This document shows positions 37,233 through 48,699 of a stretch of 64,000 bases of DNA, piece after piece. Position 1 is the first letter of the stretch. Each line of letters opens with the position of its first letter. The notes beneath the pieces are model-generated. The model ran no database searches. It was given only the letters and a program-made list of their open reading frames with translations, and had not been told where the DNA came from. The DNA is taken from assembly GCF_020745735.1 (NCBI RefSeq), contig NC_083409.1, positions 6,685,534 to 6,749,533 of the forward strand, read 5' to 3'. Position numbers and translations under genes: made by a program. Source of the DNA: Hemiscyllium ocellatum (lineage: Eukaryota).

Positions 37233-37395
37233 GTCACATTACACTGGTTACAGTCCAACGGGTTTATTTCAAATCACAAGCTTGTGAAACGCTGCTCCAT
37301 CTTCAGGTGAAGCGACTTCAGTGCTGAAGGAACAGAGCTCTGAAAGCTTGTGGTTTGAAATAAGCCCGTTGGACTATAACCTGGTGTCATGTGAC
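37233..37395. repeat. Inverted pair of Penelope termini (hairpin)
   Basis: gtccaacgggtttatttcaaatcacaagctt (37253-83) versus aagcttgtggtttgaaataagcccgttggac (37344-74); absent from the C1 intron. Confidence 0.8.
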
Positions 37396-38699
37396 TTCTG
37401 ACCTCAAATGAAGCCCAGTTAGAGCACAGTGAGAGAACTGTGTGCCATTCAGGTCACCACATTGCAGGAAGGATATGATTCCCCTAGAGATGGGGACAAT
37501 GGAGGATTTTGTCAGGAATTAGGAGAATTAGATTTGAGGAATGATTGGTTTGGCTGGGACTAGTTTCTTTGGAACACAGGAGGCTGAGGGGAGATTTGAT
37601 CGATGGTGTGTAAAATGATGAGGGGTCTGGATAGAGTGGGTAGGAAGGACTGATTTCCATTGGCAGAGAGGGCAATAACCTTGGGGAGAGATTGAAATAA
37701 ATTGAGGGCAGGGTTAGAGGGCAGTTGAGGAGTAATTGTCTTCACCCAGTGGCTGGTGGGATCGGGGCCTCACTGTCTGAAATGGTGAGAGCGCCAGAAA
37801 CCCTCATCACATTGAAAAATCACTTGGATATTCACTTGACACTCCAAAGCCTCCAGAGCTATGGAGCAAGAGCTGGTATTTCGGGTGGAGTTCCTCACCT
37901 CTTTAACAAACCTCCGATCACTCACAGCTCGGGAGAACTTGATCCAACAACATTGGAGCAGAGCTGGATCAGCACACTTCAGGAACGAGTCACGTTGTGT
38001 ATCCATGGAGAAGGTTCTAGATTTTGTTTCAAATCTTCCAGCTCAACACTGGGTAAGGTCAAATGTGAGACTGCAAAGAGTCTCAGTGTCCCGGGATCAG
38101 ACAGTGTCGCTGATCTTAATGATCCCATGTTCTCTGGAAGATGTAAGCGTGCATCCAATGGGCAAGGGTCAGGTTCAGGAGACTCCAACCTCAATGAATT
38201 ACTTGCATTTATGTTGCACCTGCGTCCATCTAAGGATGTCGCAGTGGCTCTTTCCATCAGATTGTGCTCAGCAAGATCCCAGAGAGCTGGGTGACAATGA
38301 GGCGAGGATCAGATTTTTAGTGATGCTAATTAGGGAATCAATATTGACCAGGACACCAGGAGAAACCAAACTGCTGTCTGTCCAATACAGTCATGGAATG
38401 GCATCTCTGATATCTGAAAGGCTCCCAATGCATCAAAAGAAAGTCTTTTATGTCAGGCTCTCCCTAAGCATTTACAGAGAGTGAGGGACTTGTCTGGACA
38501 CTGGTCACTGTTTAATGCAGAAAACACAATTTGTACACAGCAGTATCGCACAATCGTAAATGAGATTATGAAGCATGTTCAGTGATGTTTCAGGGATAAA
38601 TATTGACCTGAAGTCAACCCAAAGAGAAAGCAAATGGGTTCAGTTGCACAGAACGTGAGAAAATGAAAGGCGCAGAAGGTGGGATTCGTGGTTAGTGAT

Positions 38700-40230
38700 G
38701 GGTTTGATTGTTACCAGAAAACAAGAGGAAGGGTCAGAATTTGTGAATGTCATATTGTAACAAGGCAATACAGAAGTGCAGGGAAACTTGACAATAGAAA
38801 GAATTTAAAAAGTGTTTGTATGATAATGCATGCAGCATTCAGAATAAGGTAGACAGTGTGATGGCACAAATTGAGGTAATTTGAGTTCTGAAAGACTTTA
38901 AAATCATTAAAGTGACGCAGGGCTCAGGAGAGGTTAGTAATGTTCCCAGAATAATTAATAGGACATAGATTATGGAAAGAGTCAGAAAAATAATTTTAGT
39001 CACAGTGCATAAGGGGACAACTATGAAAAGGAGGGTAGTCAATGCAGGACTGAGGGTGTTGTACCTGAATGCAGGGAGTATCTGAAATGAGTTAAAGAGC
39101 TTGTAGCGCAGATTGGAATTGGCAGGTATGATGTTTTGAGTATCACAGAGACCCGGCTGTAAGGGGTTGAGGGATGGGAATGAAATACTCAAGGATGCAC
39201 TTCTGATTGACAGGACAAGCTGATGGGCAGATGGGGGTGGGGTTACCTTCTTGGTAAGAAATTAAATGAGATCAATCACAAGAAGGGATTTAGAGTTAGA
39301 ATGCATTCAATCTAAGTGGGTAGAGTTGTGGAGTTGCAAGGGAGAAAGAGCATGATGAGAACTTAGCACAGGACCCCCTAGCAGTAGTCAGGATATGAGG
39401 AAGAAAATAAATCAGGTGATAGAGTAGGCTCTGCTATAATAGTCATGTGGGACTTCAATATGCAGGTAGACTGGAAAATTAAATTGTTTGGGGATCTCAA
39501 GGGAAGGAATTAATGAAATGTCTACGAGATGGTTTTTGGAGCAGCTTGTGATAGGGATCACTATGGAACAGGCAATTCTGGATTGGATGATGTGTATTGA
39601 AGCAGTCCTGATTAGGGAACTAAGGGTGAAGGAATCCCTTGGGGACATTCACTGTAATATGACAGAATTCACCCTGCAGTTTGTGACAGAGAATCTGGAG
39701 TCAGTTGTACCGGTAATGCAATTAACTTAAGGGAACTACAAAGGCATGAGGGAGGAGCTGGCCAGAGTTGGTAAGAAGAGAAGCTGAGCATAAGAGAGAA
39801 TGGAGCAGCAATGGCAGGAGTTTCTGGGGGTAATTTGGGAGGCAGAGCAGGAATTCAACCCAAGGAAGAAGAAAGATACTGAGTGGAGGCCAAGGCAACC
39901 ATTGCTGATGAGGGAACTCAGGGTCAGCATAAAAGCAAAAGAAAAAAACATGCAATGTGGTGAAGATTATTGGGAAGCCAGAGGATTGGGAAGACTTTAA
40001 AAAACAGCAGAGAGAAACAAAAAAAAAGTTAGGGTGGGTGTGTAAATAAAATATAAGGGTATTTGAGCTCGTAAAATAAAAGGGTATTGCAAGAGTTTTT
40101 CTTTAGATATATGAAAGGCAAAGGGAGTCAATAATAGAAATTGTACCACTGGAAAAGGCAGAAATAGTAATGGGGGACACAGAAATGGTATAAGAAGTGC
40201 ATTGGTGCCTTATATCAGCTTTCACAGTGG
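38700..40230 (+). mobile_element. CR1 ORF2 endonuclease-region remnants
   Basis: Degenerate LYLNA, GRYDVL, DFNMQVDW, LDWMMC motifs. Confidence 0.7.
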
Positions 40231-40850
40231 TGTGACAATGCTGCTCATTTCACAAGGTTAAGTTGTCCTTGGATTTTTTTTTTCAAGAAGGGTTGTAAAG
40301 GCAGAGGTTCCAATTTGTGTGGTTTACGGAATTTGCTTATGGATAACAGATACTGCCTAAGGCAGCAGTCATGGAAAAGGCTTTTCGGTTTTATGTTAAA
40401 CATTTGTCCAGTAAAAGGAGAGTGGCCAGTTCTTCCAGTTTGCTGTTTTTGACAAACATTCGGTTGGATGCTCCTGGATAAAGAAAGGTGCTGGTGAGAA
40501 AGGTTCCCAAATTCAAGATTTTCCAGCGGACTCACTGTCTGAAATTGCTCCCCTGTAAGAACCTCTCTTTTTATATTTACCTTTTTACCAAGGCTATTGC
40601 AGCAAATTGGACCAGCTCTTTGTCAAGTTACATTTTCTTGTCAGTTGGGTTTTCAAATAGTTAAGTTATTCTAAATTCTGTTTTCTTTTGATTGTGTGTA
40701 AATGAATTCTATTTTCCTTCGAGCTGAGTGTTTTAACCAGTTGTATCAATCTTGGAATATCCAGGTTACATTTCCTTAACACAATTCGAAAAGGTAAGGT
40801 CTGGGCTACATTCTTAAAATGTTTCGAAGGGTCTGGCCTGGTCCATAACA
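40231..40850 (+). mobile_element. Solo-LTR-like insertion
   Basis: About 620 bp with TGTGAC...CCATAACA ends, interrupting CR1 sequence; no TSD found. Confidence 0.4.
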
Positions 40851-42440
40851 ATGTCACAGAGTCCTACAGCATGGAGACAGGCCACTTGGACCAAACAGGT
40901 CCATCCAACCAAACTTACTGTAATCCTGCACTTGGCGCATATCCTTCTGAATCCGTTCCTTTGCTGTATTTGTCCAAATGCCTTTTAAATGTTATTAGTG
41001 TACCCACCTCAACCACTTCCACTGGCAGCTCATTCCATATACGATCCATCCGATGTGTAAAAAGGTTTCCCCTCAGGTTCCTTTTTACTCTTTCCCCCTA
41101 AACCTATACTGATGTGCTCTAATTCATATTCTCAAACCCTGGGGAAAAGACTGAGTGAAGTCACCCTATCCACGCCTCTCATGATCTTATGAGGTCCTCC
41201 CTCAGTCTCCTACACTCTAAAGAAAAAAGTACTCTCCCTTTAACCGAAACCATTGAATCCTGGCAACATCCTTGCAAATTTCTTCTGCATTCTTTCCAGA
41301 ATAATAACATCCTTCCTGTAACAAGGTGACCAAAACTGAACACGATATTTCAAGTGTGGCTTCAGCAATGTCCTATATAACTGCAACATAACTTCCCAAA
41401 ATCTGTAGTCAATGTTCTGACTGATGAAGGGCACTGCAGAAAAAGCTGTCTTCTCTGCTCTATCTACCTGTGACTCCATTTTCAGAGAACTGCTTAACTG
41501 AATTATAAGGTCCATCTGTTCCACTATATTCCTTAAGGCCATATTATTCATCAATGTATTGTTGATAAGTTTGTAGATGACACAGAAATTAGTGAAAAGA
41601 CAAGTGGAGTTGAGAAAGTGGGGGAGATTGCAGAAGGACTTGGTCAGGGTAGGAGAATGTGCAAAGAAGTGGCAGGTGGAGTACAATGCGGGGATTTGTG
41701 AGGCTAGATACTTTGTTGCGAAGAATAGAGGCACAGACTGTTTTCTAAGAGAGGAAAGATTTCAGAAATCTGAAGCACAAAGAGAATTGGGAGTCCTTGT
41801 TCAGGTTTCTCTGAAGGTTAACATGCAGGTTCACCATTGGCAGTTTGAAAGGCAATTACAATGTTAGCATTAACTTTAATGTCAGAGGTATACTGCTGAG
41901 ATTGTATAAGTCTGTAATCAGACCACGTTTGAAATTTTGGTCTCCTTATTAAGGAAGGATGTGCTTCATTGGAGAGGGTCCAGAGGACAAAGAGAGAAAG
42001 AATAAGAATGATCCTGGGAATAAAGGGGGTGTCATATAAAGAGTGGTTGGAGATTCTGGATCTGAACGCAATTGAGTTTAGAAAGATGATGGGGGAATCT
42101 TAATGAAAATACAGAATATTGAGAGGCCTGGAGAACATGGAGAAGGTATTTCCACGAATAGAAGAAACTCGGGCCCGAAGGCACAGCCTCAGAGTGAAGA
42201 ATGATCCGTCAGAACTGAGATAAGGAGTCATTTCTTTAGCCACATGGTGTTGGATCTGCGGAACTCATTGTCTATGGAGGCCACGGTGTTGAGAGTATTA
42301 AAAACAGAGACAGATAGGTTCTTGATCAGTAAGGAGATCAAATGTTAAAAGGAGAATGGGGTTGAGAAAACATCACACAAGATCAAATGGCAGAGCAGAC
42401 TGTCTTCTGACTGGCCCAATTCTGCTCCTATATCTTAAGT
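40851..42440. mobile_element. Two CR1 fragments head-to-head (minus 40851-41530, plus 41555-42440)
   Basis: LLKPHLKYRVQFWSPCYRKD on minus; QKDLVRVGECAKKWQVEYNAG on plus. Confidence 0.75.
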
Positions 42441-42489
42441 GTTTTGGGTTTATGTGGAGGTTCCTTGAAACCCTGGAAAACTGGAAGTA

Positions 42490-42780
42490 CGGTCACTTAG
42501 TGGTTAGCACTGTTGCCTCACAGCGCTATGGACCCAGGCTTGTTTCTAGTCTCGGGTGACTGTCTGTGTGGAGTTTGCACGTTCTCGCTATGTCTGCGTG
42601 GGTTTCCTGTGGGTGCTCTCGTTTCCTCCCACAGTCCAAAACTGTGCAGAATCGGTGAATTGACCGTGCTAAATTGCCCACAGTGTAGGGCCTGGATGGG
42701 TTACTGTTCGCAGAGTCAGCGTGGACTTGATGGACCAAATGGCCTGTTTCCATGCTGTAGGACTTGTGTGATTCTATGGA
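42490..42780 (+). mobile_element. V-SINE (HE1-like), near full length
   Basis: tagtggttagcact, V-domain gtgtggagtttgcacgttctc, CR1 tail with gattctat. Confidence 0.85.
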
Positions 42781-42849
42781 CATTGAAAGTATTGGATTGT
42801 GAGCCCTGCTGTTGCTGTTTCTCAAAAGAACTTTGACAAAAGATAATCA

Positions 42850-43900
42850 GGGAGTGGTGGGAATGAGCGTCAGGTTGCATGAGGGAACTGCTTGTCCTCC
42901 TGCCTGGAATACCATGAGCACAGGCAGTGTGATCAGTGTCTGTAGGTGCAACTCCGGGTTTTGGAGCTTGAGCAGCAGCTGGTCTCAGTGCCGAGCGTCC
43001 ATGAGGCTGAGAGCTCCGTGGAGAGCACGTTTCTAGATGTGGTCACTCTGCAGCTTCAGCATATGCACAGAGAGGGGGAATGGGCAAGCATCAGGCAGTC
43101 CAAAAGGACCAGGCAGCCAGTACAGGAATACTCTGAGTGCATCCCGCTCTCCAACCAGGATTCAGTTTGGAATTCTGACCAGAATGATCGTTCATCTGGG
43201 GAGTGCCGCCAGAGCCAAGTCCCTGGCACCACGGGGGGGGGGGGCTCAGCTGTACAGGGGGTGCACAAGGAAGAATGGAAGAGCGATAGTGAGAGGAGAT
43301 TTGAGAGTGAGGACAATCGGTAGGTGTTTCTGCAGCTGCAGATGGGAATCCAGGATGGTGTGTTGTCTCCCTGGTGCCAGGGTCAAGGCTGTCACTGAGC
43401 AGCTGCAGAGCATCCTGAGGGGAGAAGGGGAACAGGCAGCAGTGGTGGACCACATCGGTCCCAGTGATAGAGGGAGAAAAAGGATGTGATCCTCCAGTCA
43501 GAATTTAGGGAGTTCCCAGAGGGAGTTAGCAGCAAGTGCTCAAAATTAGGAATCTCCAAGATTACCCCCAGTGCCCCACGCAACTGAGAATAGAAAGAAG
43601 AGGATAGCACAGATGACTGTGGAACTGAAAAGACAGTCCAGGAGGAAGGGCTTCAGATTATTTTAACATTGGGACTGGCTTTGAGGGGAGATGGACATGT
43701 ACAGACCAGACGGGTTGCTCCTGAACAGATCTGGGACTGAGCTCCTTTGGGGTGATTTACTCGTGCTGTTGTAGAGGGTTTGAACGAACTTTGCTGGGCT
43801 GTGGGATCCAGGAGGCAATACCAGAGAGGAACACAGAGGTGCACAGAATCCTGGGAGAGATAGATTGCACCAGAATAAGGAATAGAACTTCTTACCCAGT
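42850..43900 (+). mobile_element. CR1 ORF1 remnant (SGNH/esterase-like domain)
   Basis: RAIVRGD...ESRMVCCLPGARVKAVTEQLQSILRGEGEQAAVVDHIG. Confidence 0.8.
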
Positions 43901-44978
43901 TTCAGGGTGAGGGAGAGAGAGTATTAATTTCTAAATCAGGGTCACTGTGTAAGGATGGGACTGCACGGAGTGTTGGGAATAAGACTGGGAAGGTACAGCC
44001 ACAGAGTGTAAAGTGGAAATCTGATATGTGTCTCTCACATAGAAATATAAGATAATAAGAACATTCGAAATAGGAGCAGGAGTGGGCTAACTGAACCATC
44101 GAGGATGAGGGACGTTAGTTGTGAAGTTAGACTGAAGAAGTTGGGACTGTCTTCCTCAGAGAAGGCAGAGAGGAGATTTGATCGAGAAATCAGGAGGGGT
44201 CTGAACAGAGTAAACCAGGAGAAAATGTTCCCACCTGAGAAAGATTGGGGGGGAGAGGCCATGGATTGAAAATAATTGGTAAAAGAAGCAAAAGTCAGGT
44301 GAGGAAAAACATTTTCAGCCAGTGAGTGGTTAAGGTGTGGAATGCACTGCCTGAGAGTGTGGTGGAGGCAACTTCAATTGAAACATTCCGAAAGGAATGA
44401 GACAGTTGTTTGAAAAGGAACAACGTGCAGGGTGACAGGGAGAAGGCAGGAGAATGACACTCAGTCAATTGATCATTTAGAGAACTGGTTCATGCAGGAT
44501 GGGCGAAATGACTTCCTTGTGCACTGCAACAATTCTGTGATTGTGTGATTGAGCAGAGTTAAAGCTGGGGGAGGTGGGAGCTCGATGTCTCACTGTGCTG
44601 CTGCTGCTGAGGTCAGTCAGATCAGAGTCTGGGACAGGGAGCCAGAGCTCACATCAAACTCTGCCCCGTGTCCGTCACACTGAGACTGGCAGGAGGCTAC
44701 TCACTGATTTCACTCCATGCTGCAGGAATGGGACCACAGGCTGCAAATGGACAGAGCTCCTCCACACAGGGAGTAAATCTTACTGACTTATATCTCGCTG
44801 CTTCAAGGGGGCAATGGAACTAAAGAAATTCAGCTGGACACCCTGTTCGACACAATGCTCCTCAATCAACCATTTCATTCACTGCAGCTCCCCACTAACA
44901 CCTTCAACAATTCAGCATTCGTGATTTAGAAAGTTTCAGTGTTGCAAGCTTAATAACGGAGAATTGAGGTTTACTTAC

Positions 44979-45013
44979 TTAGTCTGAGGTTGGTTCCTAT
45001 ACCAAACGTAAGC
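44979..45013 (-). CDS. IGKJ: Ig light-chain J segment
   Basis: G CTT ACG TTT GGT ATA GGA ACC AAC CTC AGA CTA A|GTAAGT = LTFGIGTNLRL; FGxG motif and consensus phase-1 donor. Confidence 0.93.
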
Positions 45014-45038
45014 CACAGTGAGAGGCTGTACAAAAACC
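45014..45038 (-). other. J recombination signal with abnormal 9-bp spacer
   Basis: Plus strand CACAGTG-agaggctgt-ACAAAAACC. Confidence 0.9.
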
Positions 45039-45221
45039 TCAGCTCTCTGCTTCCCCCCATCACTCTCACCCTCTCCCTATTTCATGGTCTGTCGGGCACG
45101 CGCACCCTCTTTGTGCCACTATCAGTCTCTCCCTCATTCATGTGTCTTTCTGTCTCTGCCTCTGGGTTGTGAACTTTATTTTTCGTTGATAAATCTTGCA
45201 GCTGCTCTTCACATGTGGCCA

Positions 45222-45340
45222 TGGAGCGTGAGGGGGAAACTTGAGGCCTTCAGTGAGCGGTGGACACCACAGGGACTGGAGTGTGTAGGGGACATTGACA
45301 ATCCCAGCATGGGGTAATTTGTTCAGTTTCATTTAGACCT
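45222..45340 (+). mobile_element. Short Tx1 ORF2 C-terminal fragment between V and J
   Basis: LEAFSERWTPQGLEC resembles LELFRERWAPQGVQC at about 20210-20255. Confidence 0.6.
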
Positions 45341-45445
45341 AACTGTGGAATGTGTCAGTTCAGGCGGTGGGACTGTGGGTCCATTATTTTCCATTTTATA
45401 TAACCGTGGATGTGTCAGTACAGGATGTGATTCTGTGTGCTTTAA

Positions 45446-45473
45446 GGTTTTTGTATGGCACTGTATCACTGTG
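45446..45473 (-). other. V recombination signal, perfect 12-RSS
   Basis: Minus strand CACAGTG-atacagtgccat-ACAAAAACC directly after the V coding end. Confidence 0.97.
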
Positions 45474-45773
45474 TAGAGGGTAGCTGTAATGCTGCTGACA
45501 CTAACAGTCAGTGACATGCTCATTCTGAACGTTGCTGATTGTCAGGGTGTAACTGGGCCCTGATCCACTGCCGGTGAATCACTCGGAGACTCCTGTGAAT
45601 TGATTTGTTGCAGCATAGATCAGGAGAGAGGGTTTCTGACCTTCTCGCTGCTGGTACCAAGCTGAGGTAGCTGCTATTGCTTTGACTGTCCGTACAGGTG
45701 ATGGTTGCGGTCTGGCCCAGTCCCACTGATAGCACCGGGGGAGACTGAGTCATGATGATGTCCCCACTGATAC
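45474..45773 (-). pseudogene. IGKV: Ig light-chain V exon (kappa-like NS4 type), unrearranged pseudogene
   Basis: ISGDIIMTQSPPVLSVGLGQTATITC; +1 frameshift near 45660; WYQQREGQKPSLLIYAATN; TGA at 45579-81; FTGSGSGPSYTLTISNVQNE; TAG at 45501-03; CQQHYSYPL. Confidence 0.96.
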
Positions 45774-45959
45774 CTGAGGGGTCAGAAAGAAACACAGTGA
45801 AGTCAGAACTGTCACAGATAGAGCCGGTCAAATGAGAGATTGTTGGAGACTCAGAGAATTCCTCTGGTTTCAGCACTTTCCCTTCAATCACAAGTCAGTG
45901 AAATTGGAGTGAAACGGAGAGCAGCTAAAGATTCAATGTGGAAGCAAAGATGTTTGTAC

Positions 45960-46008
45960 ATGCGACGCAGAATGCCAGGGGCCAGATCAGCTGGATCAGT
46001 GAAATCAT
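45960..46008 (-). CDS. Ig light-chain leader exon
   Basis: MISLIQLIWPLAFCVA + 1 nt, GT donor at 45959-58; 186-nt intron to the V acceptor ccctcag|gt. Confidence 0.88.
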
Positions 46009-46068
46009 GGTGTGTGCCCCTGTCCCTGTACCTGTTTCCTGATAAACTCTCCCTTCACTGGGCTCTGC

Positions 46069-46122
46069 TTTATAAAGCTGCATCCTGTGAGAGTCTGACT
46101 GGGTGTTCCTCAGTATGAAAAT
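46069..46122 (-). promoter_or_regulatory. V promoter: TATA box and degenerate octamer
   Basis: TATAAA at 46074-46069; ATTTTCAT (1 mismatch to ATTTGCAT) at 46122-46115. Confidence 0.7.
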
Positions 46123-46229
46123 GGCATCAGGCAGAAAGAGCCTCATCCGCCCTCACACTTCCTGTTTTCTCTGTCTGTCTGTCTGTCTGTCTCTCTCACT
46201 CTCTCTCTGTCTCTGTCTCGGAGAGTCAG

Positions 46230-46880
46230 TGATTTGAACAGCACTGAATGAGTCCAATTAGCCCATTGTATCTTTGCTGGTAAACAAAGATCTGATGACA
46301 CTAATCTCATCCTCCAGCTCTTGGCCCATTACCCCGGAAGCCACAGAAACACAAGGGAATATCTAAACACTGCTCCAATATCTCGAACGCTTGTGACTCT
46401 ACCAGTTTTTCAGGCAGTGAGTTCCAGATTCCATCACCCTCTGGGTGAGAACATTTCTCCTCAACTCTCCTCTCACTCTCCATCTCGACTGGGCCTGGAC
46501 TCACTCGAGTTTAGAACGATGAGAGGGGATCTGATTGGAATGTATAAAATGCTATCAGGGCTGGACAGGGAGAAGGTTTCCTCTGTCTGCGAGTCTGGAT
46601 CCAGGGGGCACAGTCTTGGGGGATATGAGGTAGACCATTTAGGGCTGTGACAAAGAAACGTTTCATCACTCAAAGGGTGGTCAATCTATTGAATTCTCTA
46701 TCACAGACAGCTTTGGATGACAAAGAACTGAGTATATTCAAGGAAAAGAGAGAGATTTTAACAGCATGAAGGAAATGGAGAGAAAGCAGGAATATGGCTT
46801 TGAGATGGAGGGTCGGCCATGATCATACTGAATGACAGAGCAGACTCAAAGGGCTGAATGGCCTTCTCCTGCTCTGAGTT
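46230..46880. mobile_element. CR1 3' fragments (minus, then plus)
   Basis: LEFRTMRGDLIGMYKMLSGLDREK and CR1 tail sequences. Confidence 0.65.
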
Positions 46881-47217
46881 TCTATGTGTCCATGTTTGTG
46901 TTACCTTCAATCTCTGTCCCTGGTTATTGAGTCCCTTACTTTGTAAAATGTGCCTTCCTACCCACCCTATCACTGCCCCAAATATTCTTATCTCCCTCTA
47001 TCAGGTCCCCTCTCAAACTTCACCGCTCCAGGGAAAACAACCCCAATTTTCCCAATCTTTCCTCACAGCATCCTGGGAAATCTTTGAACCCTCTCAATTA
47101 AAATCACATCCTTCCCAGAATGTGGTGACCAGGTTCTGTCAACCTCTCTCTCTATCTCCCTTTCTGACTCACATCTGCCACTTCTTCCTCTTTACTACTA
47201 TCTCTTTCTCCCACTGT

Positions 47218-47388
47218 NNNNNNNNNNNNNNNNNNNNNNNNNNNNNNNNNNNNNNNNNNNNNNNNNNNNNNNNNNNNNNNNNNNNNNNNNNNNNNNNNNN
47301 NNNNNNNNNNNNNNNNNNNNNNNNNNNNNNNNNNNNNNNNNNNNNNNNNNNNNNNNNNNNNNNNNNNNNNNNNNNNNNNNNNNNNNNN
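47218..47388. other. N-run (171 N) in a pyrimidine-rich tract
   Basis: Seen directly. Confidence 0.99.
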
Positions 47389-47568
47389 ACTCACGCTTCC
47401 TCACTCCACCGGATAACCTCTATTTCTCCATCTGTCTCTGTCTCCATCACCCGCTTCAATTGAAAGACTCCAAACGTTATCTGCCCCTCTCTATTCCTCC
47501 CTCTGTCTCTCTTCCTCTCTCTGCATCCCAATCTAAAGTCTATTTCCCTCCCTCTCTGTCATTCTGTC

Positions 47569-47719
47569 NNNNNNNNNNNNNNNNNNNNNNNNNNNNNNNN
47601 NNNNNNNNNNNNNNNNNNNNNNNNNNNNNNNNNNNNNNNNNNNNNNNNNNNNNNNNNNNNNNNNNNNNNNNNNNNNNNNNNNNNNNNNNNNNNNNNNNNN
47701 NNNNNNNNNNNNNNNNNNN
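47569..47719. other. N-run (151 N) in a pyrimidine-rich tract
   Basis: Seen directly. Confidence 0.99.
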
Positions 47720-48429
47720 CTCCCGATTCCCTTCATTCTTGGTCTCACACCCATCCTTCCTCTTTCCCTCACTCCATCCCTCTCAGTCACATCTTGTTTC
47801 TATCCTTCAACCTTATCATTTCTACCTCCTTCTACTTCTTTCTTGTTCCCCTCACATATCTCATACTGTCTCAGATGCTCCTCCCGCTATCACACACGCA
47901 CAGACACTCTCGCTCTATCTCTCTCTCTGTCTTGCTTCTCTCTCTTTCTCACAGTGTTCCAGGTGGTGATAGCTAAATGCAGGATAAATCTCCCTCTCCT
48001 CTGCCCCACTAATGGATGTTAATACTTGACCCCAGAAGCATGTCTTCTCCTGGAGTAAGGCCCTATTTCGAACATTGACCAAGTTTTGACCTCTCTCAGG
48101 AAAATGGACAGACTTTTGTCAAATGAAAGGCAGTTCCGTGCTGTTAGCCTATTCTCACTGGGGATTGGTTTGGACACAAACCTCATTCCATGAAGGCCCA
48201 GAAGAGAGAGGAGATCCTCAGGACATCAATGTGAGCTGAAGGGACAGGACAGGCTCTGAACCAATGATCCAGCCTGTCCATTCACAACATGTTCCAATCC
48301 TTTCCCCTGTCCTTATCTTTCCATGATCAGTCTCTGAGTAAGGGTGTTTCACTGGGATGTGCGTTGGAGCATCACACAATTACAACAGAAAGGAACTGGA
48401 CCACACACCAACCATGATGTCCATGAGGC

Positions 48430-48692
48430 ACTGGACTCTCCAAAAGAGTCCAGTAAACATGAGCTTCAGTTCACGGGATTGAGAGAGACATGGCCCTCCT
48501 TCCCACTGAGGCTCCCATTAGAGACCAGTAAACATTGGCCTACGTCTGACTGGACTCTCCAAAGGAGACCAGTAAACATGGGCCTCCTTCTGACTGGATG
48601 ATCCAAGAGAGACCAATAAACATGGGCCTCCTTTGACTGGATTATCCAAGAAAGACCAGTAAACATGGGCCTCCTATTCACTGGAATTTCCA
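48430..48692. repeat. Approximately 44-bp minisatellite, about 6 units
   Basis: Unit consensus ctggactctccaagagagaccagtaaacatgggcctccttctga. Confidence 0.85.
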
Positions 48693-48699
48693 ATGTAGA

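Noticed and set aside
48430-48692. CRISPR-like regularly spaced repeats
   Set aside because: Units are tandem with no unique spacers, in a eukaryotic context; ordinary minisatellite.
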